Positions 1 to 7,066 of a DNA stretch of 10,986 nucleotides are shown here, in pieces. The stretch comes from Octopus sinensis (taxonomy: Eukaryota), in contig NW_021827175.1 of assembly GCF_006345805.1 (NCBI RefSeq), forward strand, positions 1-10,986. The letters run 5' to 3'. The translations under genes were made by a program, and so were the position numbers. Numbering within the stretch: position 1 is the first letter of the stretch; each line of letters begins with the position of its first letter. The notes under the pieces are model-generated. The model saw only the letters and a list, made by a program, of their open reading frames with translations. It was not told the origin of the DNA and made no database searches.

Positions 1-223
1 GACACCACAAAACACCCACACACACACACACATATATATTATATATATATATATATATATACGACGGCTTCTTTCAGTTTCCGTCTACCAAATCCACTCA
101 CAAGGCATTGGTCGGCCCGGGGCTATAGCAGAAGACACTTGCCCAAAATGCGCGCAGTGGGACTGAACCCGGAACCATGTGGTTGGTAAGCAAGCTACTT
201 ACCACACAGCCAACTCATGCGCC
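1..223 (-). mobile_element. SINE family A, 5' module (tRNA-like head + body, 61-223) followed by its (TA)n(TG)n linker (1-60); probably continues beyond the window start
   Basis: The reverse complement reads GGCGCATGAGTTGGCTGTGTGGTAAGTAGC...GGTTCAGTCCC...TTTTGGGCAAGTGTCTTC...GAAAGAAGCCGTCG, nearly identical to 2065-2220 and 7803-7966. It has a Pol III A-box (TGGCTGTGTGG) and a B-box-like motif (GGTTCAGTCCC). Confidence 0.9.
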
Positions 224-240
224 CTATATATATTACTCCT

Positions 241-491
241 GTATATATATATATGTGGGTGTGTGCTGTGTGTTGGTGTGTTTGTCTTGTCCCCCTAGCA
301 TTGCTTGACAACCGATGCTGGTGTGTTTACGTCCCCGTCACTTAGGCCGTTCGGCAAAAGTGACCGACGAATAAGTACTGGCTTCAAAGAATAAGTCCAG
401 GGGTCGATTTGCTCGACTAAAGGCGGTACTCCAGCATGGCCGCAGTCAAATGACTGAAACAAGTAAAAGAGTAAAAAAAGAGAAAGAGAGT
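241..491 (+). mobile_element. SINE family A, linker microsatellite + 3' module (headless copy)
   Basis: TTGTCCCCCTAGCATTGCTTGAC...GGGGTCGATTTGCTCGACTAAAGGCGG...AAATGACTGAAACAAGTAAAAGAG matches 2253-2440. It ends in an AAAAGAGT-like simple-repeat tail. Confidence 0.9.
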
Positions 492-685
492 AACAATTCT
501 TTAAAGACAACGTGTTTTTAAGGCGATTTGGCTGTTGTTTCTAGCAACTCCTTTAACCTAGTTGAAGCCCTTTCATTGGCTCTTGTTACTTATTTGGTTT
601 CCGTACCCCCGACCACCACAATCACCACATATTCTTTATTCTCTGTCTGCTCTGTCTGTGTGTTTGCAATTACTCTATCACTGCT

Positions 686-698
686 TCTCTCTCTCTCT

Positions 699-747
<49 letters not shown>
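686..747. repeat. (CT)n microsatellite within a pyrimidine-rich tract (to ~870)
   Basis: Directly visible; accounts for the Leu/Ser-rich spurious ORFs 528-902 and 562-951. Confidence 0.97.
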
Positions 748-751
<4 letters not shown>

Positions 752-877
752 TATCATTAAAAAAAATTTTGTTTTTAGTATTACTCTCTTTCTCTCACTT
801 CCTCTCACCTTACTCTTATTCTACTCTCTTCTCTCTTTTTACCATATTTCTTTTCCTTCTATTATTTCTCCCCCAAA

Positions 878-1696
878 GGCGGCGAGCTGGCAGAAACGTT
901 AGCACGCCGAGCGAAATGCTTAGCGGTTTTTCGTCTGCCGTTACGTTCTGAGTTCACATTCCGTCGAGGTCGACTTTACCTTTCATCCTTTCGGGGTCGA
1001 TAAAATAAGTACCAGTTACGTACTGCGGTCGATATAATCGACTTAATCCGTTTGTCTGTCCTTGTTTGTCCTCTCTTTGTTTAGCCCCTTGTGGGCAGTA
1101 AAGAAATAGGTATTTCGTCTGCTGTTACGTTCTGAGTTCAAATTCCGCCGAGGTCGACTTTGCCTTTCATCCTTTCGGGGTCAATTAAATAAGTTCCAGT
1201 TACTTAATCCGTTTGTCTGTCCTTGTTTGTCCTCTCTTTGTTTAGCCCCTTGTGGGTAGTAAAGAAATAGAAACAGGTATTTTGTCTGCTGTTACGTTCT
1301 GAGTTCAAATTCCGTCGAGGTCGACTTTGCCTTTCATCCTTTCGGGGTCGATAAAATAAGTACCAGTTACGTACTGGAGTCGTTATAATCGACTTAATCC
1401 GTTTGTCTGTCCTTGTTTGTCCCCTCTATGTTTAGCCCCTTATGGGCAATAAAGAAATAGGTATTTCGTCTGTTGCTACGTTCTGAGTTCAAATTCCGCC
1501 GCGGTCGACTTTGCTTTTCATCCTTTCGGGGTCGATAAATTAAGTACCAGTTACGCATTGGGGTCGATGTAATCGACGTAATCTCTTTGTCTGTCCTTTT
1601 TTTCCCCCTCTATGATTAGCCCCTTGTGGGCAATAAAGAAATAAGAAACGTTAGCACGCCGGGTGAAATCCTTAGCGGTATTTCGTCTGTCTGTTA
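878..1696 (+). mobile_element. SINE family B tandem array: full unit 878-1109, headless units 1110-1270, 1277-1460 and 1461-1643, partial head 1644-1696
   Basis: Head GGCGGCGAGCTGGCAGAAACGTTAGC with B-box GAGTTCAAATTCC, central CCTTTCATCCTTTCGGGGTCGATAAAATAAGTACCAG and tail ...GCCCCTTGTGGG(C/T)A(G/A)TAAAGAAATA(G/A), present four times. The central block resembles, from memory, the Meta/MESC SINE domain (unverified). Confidence 0.92.
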
Positions 1697-1857
1697 TTGA
1701 AAATTTATTGTTGGAGTGTGTTCGTAAGTTTCCGTTAATTGTTAGATCTCTTGTCGTGCCTATTGTTGGACTATTGTTTAAAAATTTGTATTATAGTTTT
1801 CTTTCGAAAGCTATCTGTGGTTTTCCCCTGTGGGGGAAAACATTAATTGCCGGCAAG

Positions 1858-3160
1858 ATGCCGAAAAGTGTGTCTTCTTCGTCGGGTGATGATTCATCGA
1901 CTGAGCGGGAAGCAAGGAAGATAGAAAGTTTAATTTTTGATAACGCTTCTGATGTGTCGGAAAGCGAATTCACGGCATTACCAAAAGTTACGGATACCAA
2001 AAGAAATATAGAAGCAATGACCATCCAGAATGAAGAAAGAAAACGTTTTGCGTCAGCAGCTGGTAGTGGCTGTGTGGTAAGTAGCTTGCTAACCAACCAC
2101 ATGGTTCCGGGTTCAGTCCCACTGCCTGGCATCTTGGGCAAGTGTCTTCTGCTATAGCCTCGGGCCGACCAATGCCTTGTGAGTGGATTTGATAGACGGA
2201 AACTGAAAGAAGCCTGTCGTATATATGTATATATATATATGTGTGTATGTGTTTGTCCCCCTAGCATTGCTTGACTACCGATGGTGTGTTTACGTCCCCG
2301 TCACTTAGCGGTTCGGCAAAAAAGACCGATCGAATAAGTACTGGGCTTACAAAAGAATAAGTCCCGGGGTCGATTTGCTCGACTAAAGGCGGTGCTCCAA
2401 CATGGCCGCAGTCAAATGACTGAAACAAGTAAAAGAGAGTAAAGAGAAAGAGAGAGTGGAACGCGACAGCTGTCAACTGACAAAAAAGAATTATTAAAAT
2501 GCAAGGAAATGATAACAGAACGAGATGGAATGGTAAAAGTGGAAATACCAGAAGAAGAATTAACGGAGGAAAAAAGGAAAATTATTATTTTTAAGACATT
2601 CTGCTTAAAAGCTCGAAAAATTGATAAGATATGTGACAAAAATATTGAAAAATGTTTAAAACCATCTGGCAGGACATTACATATCTAGCCAGAGGGAAGA
2701 AGTTTGGAACCATCGCGGTGAGGCTCAAGAACGCAGAAACGGCACAAAAACACTCTGTAAAATCATTAGAATCGGAAGACACAATATTAATCCCAATTTA
2801 TATGGGAATGAGAACGTCAAAGGTTAGAATACCAAGAATTCCACCCGGAGTAAACCCTATGTGCTTGATGGCGGCAGTCCTGGCAAACAGGGAGGATATT
2901 ATAAACCTCCTGCAGGCTACCGTCACAGAGAATACATATTGGACTGGTCAAACGCTCAACCTCATACTGCCGGCTGACCAAAAGATTTTAGAATAGCTCC
3001 CAGAAATCGTAGTTCTAAATATATATTTGTGGGGGGGCGTAAGCCCCGATGTTTCCAGTGTGGCCAACTGGGTAACATTAAAAAATATTGTAAAGAAGGT
3101 GAAGAAGAAACAGACGGTGAGGAGGAAGAAAGAGAGAGAGAAAAATTGAAGGAAAAATAA
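1858..3160 (+). pseudogene. Decayed gag-like ORF1 of a non-LTR retrotransposon (probably L1/Tx1-like) with a degenerate CCHC zinc knuckle; interrupted by a SINE, two frameshifts and one in-frame stop
   Basis: Frame 1 from ATG 1858 (MPKSVSS...RKRFASAAGS) continues in frame after the SINE (GTRQLSTDKKELL...DKNIE). It shifts in the A-run at ~2648-2652 to MFKTIWQD...IPIYMGMRTSKVRIPRIPPGV...ILE* (stop 2994-2996). It shifts again near 3015-3020 to YIFVGGRKPRCFQCGQLGNIKKYC (C-X2-C-X4-N-X4-C at 3050-3091), followed by an acidic tail and a stop at 3158-3160. Clade assignment is inference from motif style. Confidence 0.75.
2065..2454 (+). mobile_element. SINE family A, near full-length (lacks ~8 nt of the 5' end), inserted in the ORF1 fossil
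   Basis: A-box 2067-2077, B-box-like 2110-2120, TA/TG linker ~2220-2252, 3' module and AAAAGAG tail. AGTGG occurs at both junctions (2065-2069 and 2455-2459). Confidence 0.93.
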
Positions 3161-3276
3161 ACAACAAAAGGAAAATGGAAGGCTCGAACCAGCAAAAGCA
3201 GAGCGAGCCGAGACCAAAAAAAAAAAGAAAACAGCCAAGAGAGACAGACCGAGGATGGATGAGGGGGTGACGAACA

Positions 3277-3558
3277 GAGGTCGATAAATTAAGTATCAGT
3301 TGTATCCTGGGGTCGATCTAATCGACTGGACCCTCCCCCAAAATTTTGGGCCTTGTGCCTAGAGTAGAAAAGAGTATGCGTAGCGGTATATCGCCTGTTG
3401 CTACGTTCTGAGTTCAAATTCTACCGAGGTCGACTTTGCCTTTCATCCTTTCAGGGTCGTTAAAATAAGTACCAGCTATGCGCTGAGGTTAACGTTACCA
3501 GCTTATTCCCTTCCCCGAAATTGCTGGCCTTGTACCAACATTTGAAACCGATAATATT
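3277..3558 (+). mobile_element. Heterodimer of family-B-related SINEs: 3' fragment with tail type ii (3277-3376) joined to a headless unit with tail type iii (3377-3558)
   Basis: Both share GGTCG(A/T)TAAA(T/A)TAAGTA(T/C)CAG with family B. The first ends CCCTCCCCCAAAATTTTGGGCCTTGTGCCTAGAGTAGAAAAG. The second carries the B-box GAGTTCAAATT and ends CCCTTCCCCGAAATTGCTGGCCTTGTACCAACATTTGAAACC. Confidence 0.85.
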
Positions 3559-3570
3559 AATCGTGTAAAT

Positions 3571-3762
3571 GCGGCGAGGTGGCAGAATCGTCAGCGCGAT
3601 GCGCAAGACGCTTACCAGTAATTCGTACGTCTTTACGTTCTGAGTTCAAATTCTGCTGATGGCGACCCGGCTTATCATCCTTACTGGGGTTCAAATAATC
3701 GACTTGCCCCACCACCCATAAAATTGATGGCCTTGTGCCAAAAATTGAAACGAATATTATTA
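3571..3762 (+). mobile_element. Diverged family-B-related SINE with head and tail type iii, internally deleted
   Basis: GCGGCGAGGTGGCAGAATCG head, GAGTTCAAATT B-box, TCATCCTT...GGGGT core remnant and AAATTGATGGCCTTGTGCCAAAAATTGAAAC tail. Confidence 0.8.
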
Positions 3763-3775
3763 ACTGCTATAAGAC

Positions 3776-3847
3776 GTTTCTTATTTCTTTATTGCCTATG
3801 ACTACACACAGGGACAAACAAGAACAGACAAAAGGATTAAGTCGATT
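3776..3847 (-). mobile_element. 3' fragment of SINE family B (tail type i)
   Basis: The reverse complement reads AATCGACTTAATCCTTTTGTCTG...GGCAATAAAGAAATAAGAAAC, matching the end of the unit at 1461-1650. Confidence 0.8.
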
Positions 3848-4382
3848 TTCTTCCTTGGTACCTTGTTGGCCAAGGGCCTTCTTACTTACCAGTCATACCT
3901 TCGGGTCGATCCATTAACGCGAGTAATTCCTAAAGCCGAATGAGATTCTCTCGTATATCGTACGACAAGGCAGACCCTTATTTTTCAATAGATAAGATAC
4001 AGGGCCTATCCAACGACATTCGAAGATTTTTTTCCGTAACTCGAAACCACAGGTAAGAAAATTATTTTCTAAGCAATGTCCGAGTCTCTATTTGCTGTCC
4101 AGCAATGTTTATTCAGACGCATTTTGTGATGTCGGGCGCGATAATACCTTAAGCTAAGCCTGAAAGCAATGAAGTCATAAAAGAATCATCCATAACTTGC
4201 AGTAAGCAACATTTATTAAACGTTATTACTGTTATTTCTTTATTTTCTGCAAACAAAATGCACAAAAAAGCTACACGTTTGCATTATGTTATTTATACAA
4301 TAATAATAAAGGACGTTACCGTATACAGTTTTACAAACCAAGGACGTTATATAGACCTCCTTGACTCAAGTTAGAGAAGGGG

Positions 4383-4483
4383 TGCGTATTATACACAAGG
4401 TTTAGGTTTTACAGAGGTACAGCTCCCTAAAAATCCCCTGCGTATTATACTCAAGGGCGGACTATACTCGAGGATTTACGGTA
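4383..4483. mobile_element. Terminus of a Tc1/mariner-superfamily (Tc2/pogo-like) DNA transposon; left boundary unresolved
   Basis: The reverse complement begins TA|CCGTAAATCCTCGAGTATAGTCCGC, a CCGTA-type TIR with a TA target dinucleotide (4482-4483). Subterminal direct repeats TGCGTATTATAC(A/T)CAAGG lie at 4383-4400 and 4439-4456. Family assignment is from memory of CCGTA-ended TcMar-Tc2 elements. Confidence 0.65.
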
Positions 4484-4668
4484 ATCAAAGGAGTCCATCG
4501 ATAAGAAAATGGTTGAGTATCCCTGGTCGACAGAGTGTTGGTATGAGGAAATGATGTCTTCACCCTCCTCTCAGCCCAGCCTCTCTAACTACACCATGTG
4601 GGAGTATTGTGTCGGTGAATGATGTCTATCAATTCCGAAGGATTGTTATTATTTTCTCTTTGCCGTTA

Positions 4669-5269
4669 CTTATTTCTTTATTGCTCACCAGGGGCTAAAC
4701 ATAGAGGGGACAAACACGGACAGACAAAGGGATTAAGTCGATTACATCGACTCCAGTGCGTAACTGGTACTTAATTTATCGACCCCGAAAGGATGAAAGG
4801 CAAAGTCGACCTTGGCGGAATTTGGACTCAGAACGTAACGACCATCTATTTCTTTACTACCCACAAGGGGCTACACACAGAGGAGACAAACAAGGACAGA
4901 CAAAGTGATTAAGTCGACCTCGGTGGAATTTGAACTCAGAACGTAAAACAGACGAAATACCTATTTCTTTACTACCCACAAGGGGCTAAACATAGAGGTG
5001 GAATTTGGCGGAATTTGAACTCAGAACGTAACGACAACCTATTTCTTTACTACCCACGAGGGGCTAAACACAGAGGGGACAAATAAGGACAGACAAAGGG
5101 ATAAGTCGATTACATCGACTCCAGTGAGTAACTGATACTTAATTTATCGTCCCCGAAAGGATGAAAGGCAAAGTCGACCTCGGCGGAATTTGAACTCAGA
5201 ACGTAAAGACGGACGAAATACCGCTAAGCATTTCACCCGGCGTGCTAACGTTTCTGCCAGCTCGCAGCC
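4669..5269 (-). mobile_element. SINE family B tandem array (read on minus): full unit 5269-5039, deleted headless units 5038-4961 and 4960-4846, headless unit ~4842-4669
   Basis: Reverse complement of the same head, B-box, core and tail as 878-1109. Tails (CTATTTCTTTA on plus) start at ~4669, 4846, 4961 and 5039. Confidence 0.92.
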
Positions 5270-5334
5270 TTTGCCGTAACTCTGGCTCTCTCCCTTTCGA
5301 CTATTAACTCTGACTCCCTCTTCATCTCAGCTCT

Positions 5335-5336
<2 letters not shown>

Positions 5337-5378
<42 letters not shown>

Positions 5379-5413
5379 GTTCCTCTTTTTACAATTTCTC
5401 TCTCTCTCTCTCT
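5337..5413. repeat. (CT)n microsatellites
   Basis: Directly visible at ~5337-5372 and ~5397-5413. Confidence 0.95.
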
Positions 5414-5784
5414 TTACTATTACTGTCTGTCTGTCGCTTTCTCTCATTGTCCTTCCTCTCCCTCTCCAGAGTCAAAAACACCCTAATCTCCCTCAAATCG
5501 CCCCTCCCTACGACAGGGCACGTAAACAAAGAACGCCATCGCTGTATATGATCCTTTGTCCCCTACTTACAGGGATGGGCCGACCACAATAAGCTCTATA
5601 GGGGTTAATCCCTCGTCCCACTTCAATTGTTTTCCTTTCAAAGTTCAAATGTTTAAAAATCCCTTTGCGACTTCTCGTTAACCCCGACAAATAAACGGCA
5701 AGATGAAAGCTGGAAGGTCGTTGATGAAAAGCCTGTCTGCTCCGTAAAAATAGCCTGGGGTTAAACGATATTTACAAAGCCAGA

Positions 5785-5882
5785 CGCGCGCGCACACACA
5801 CACACACACAAGTAAAAACACGGACACACACACACAAGTAAAAACACGCACACGCACATGAGTAAAAACGCATGCGCACACA
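5785..5882. repeat. Compound (CG)n/(CA)n microsatellite punctuated by three AGTAAAAAC motifs
   Basis: AGTAAAAAC at 5811, 5837 and 5861. Confidence 0.9.
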
Positions 5883-6060
5883 TAGTGTAAATACTTTGAA
5901 CCAATAACAAAAAAAAAAAGCGGAAGAGGAACAAGTTACAACATGAGGTATTAGGTCAACGCTTCAATAGGGACAGAAAGTACCTTAACATTTCGGACGA
6001 TAGTCCTCCATTAGGAATGTATGTGTGTATATGTGTAAAAGCACACACACACGCGCACTC

Positions 6061-6086
6061 ATATATATATATATATATATATATAT
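6061..6086. repeat. (AT)13 microsatellite
   Basis: Directly visible. Confidence 0.97.
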
Positions 6087-6322
6087 GAACCAGCTTAGAG
6101 AAGAAGAAGAAGAAACCAAACGAAACCAAACGAATCGAATCGACGCGAGGGCGCTCAGTCATACAATAGTGTAATAAATAAAATATATGCATACATACAA
6201 ACATATATGTACGTACCTACATCTACATGTATATATACATGCATATATAAATATATATACGTGTGTACAGGACACCACAAATAGACGTAGAACTCAACGA
6301 GAAACGAAAAAGTAAAAACAGC

Positions 6323-6431
6323 ATGGAACGGACCATTTTTTTAACAACGAAAAAACAGAGTACAAGACAACTACACAAGAAAAAATCCCCTTCATCAGCT
6401 GTCCCTAGTTCAACTCCAGCGTGTTTCGAAG
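6323..6431 (+). other. Weak candidate first coding exon of an unidentified host gene (MERTIFLTTKKQSTRQLHKKKSPSSAVPSSTPACFE)
   Basis: ATG in strong Kozak context (acagcATGG), open frame, and donor-like GAAG|GTGAGG at 6431/6432. It lies in sequence I could not assign to a repeat. No homology recognised. Confidence 0.25.
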
Positions 6432-6447
6432 GTGAGGACAGAACATA

Positions 6448-6844
6448 TCTTTATGTATAAAAGTGAAGTTGTGTGTCTGTCTCCTACGATTTAGATTCCT
6501 AACTACTCCCACATTTTGCGGTGCAGTTTAACCAGCAGCGGGTATCTTATAGTCGTGATTCATATCGAGCCCTTCTGGGTATTAGCGCGCGTCTACGATG
6601 AGTCTACGATTTAAAAAAAAATTTACCATAATCTTTTTCCATTTTAATGCATTTTTTCGCTATTATATAAGGGAAGTAACTCTCTAAAATTGTCTACGAT
6701 GAGTCAACGATTTAAAAAAAAATTTACCATAATTTTTTTTCCATTTTTAAAGCATTTTTTTGCTATTTTTTGGCTATAACTCTCTAAAAATGCTTTATAG
6801 TTATTTCCCTTACAAACCCGAGAAACACCGGGCGATACTGCTAG
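6448..6844 (+). mobile_element. Complete non-autonomous Helitron (397 bp) with an internal ~100-bp tandem duplication
   Basis: 5' A|TCTTTATGTATAAAAG; 3' short hairpin CCCG-agaaacac-CGGG (6817-6832), 8 nt, then CTAG|T. It sits between A6447 and T6845 with no TSD, as established for Helitrons. Duplicated units are 6591-6691 and 6692-6791. Confidence 0.85.
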
Positions 6845-7066
6845 TATATATATAAAGTTAGTGCAAACATGAAAACACAACAACGCGAGGACGTGGAACA
6901 AGTATAGTATAATTGGACGCTCAGGAAAGGAAAGAAAGAAGGATTTAACTTTTCGAGCGGAGCTCTTCGTCGGAAACATAGAAAAAGGAAAGGTCCAAAG
7001 AAGGGAAGACGGAGAAGGAAAATCGCCAACGATACACACGTGGTCACACACACACACACACATATG

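Noticed and set aside
1-11. GACACCACAAA also found at 6271-6281
   Set aside because: An 11-mer in CA-rich context with no extended similarity.
295-510. Recurring ORFs with FYLFQSFDCGH(A/V)G.PPLVEQIDP (also 2261-2476, 7501-7695, 10373-10603) and RLPNPLTRH.SARGYSRRHLPK
   Set aside because: They are translations of SINE family A; the similarity reflects repeat copies, not a gene family.
521-600. AGGCGATTTGGCTGTTGTTTCTAGC, reminiscent of another cephalopod repeat tail
   Set aside because: Single short diverged occurrence with no second copy in the window to support it.
878-1696. Regularly spaced repeats resembling a CRISPR array (also 4669-5269)
   Set aside because: Units are 80-230 bp of contiguous SINE sequence with no unique spacers, there are no cas genes, and the context is eukaryotic.
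1791-2267. 158-aa minus-strand ORF and the 164-aa plus ORF 1663-2157 as real genes
   Set aside because: The minus ORF is antisense to the SINE plus ORF1. The plus ORF is a chimera of SINE end, UTR, ORF1 N-terminus and SINE-A head.
6868-7060. Highly basic, protamine-like stretch on plus (ALRRKHRKRKGPKKGRRRRK)
   Set aside because: There is an in-frame TAG 12 codons after the only ATG, no convincing splice sites, and purine-rich composition explains the K/R bias.
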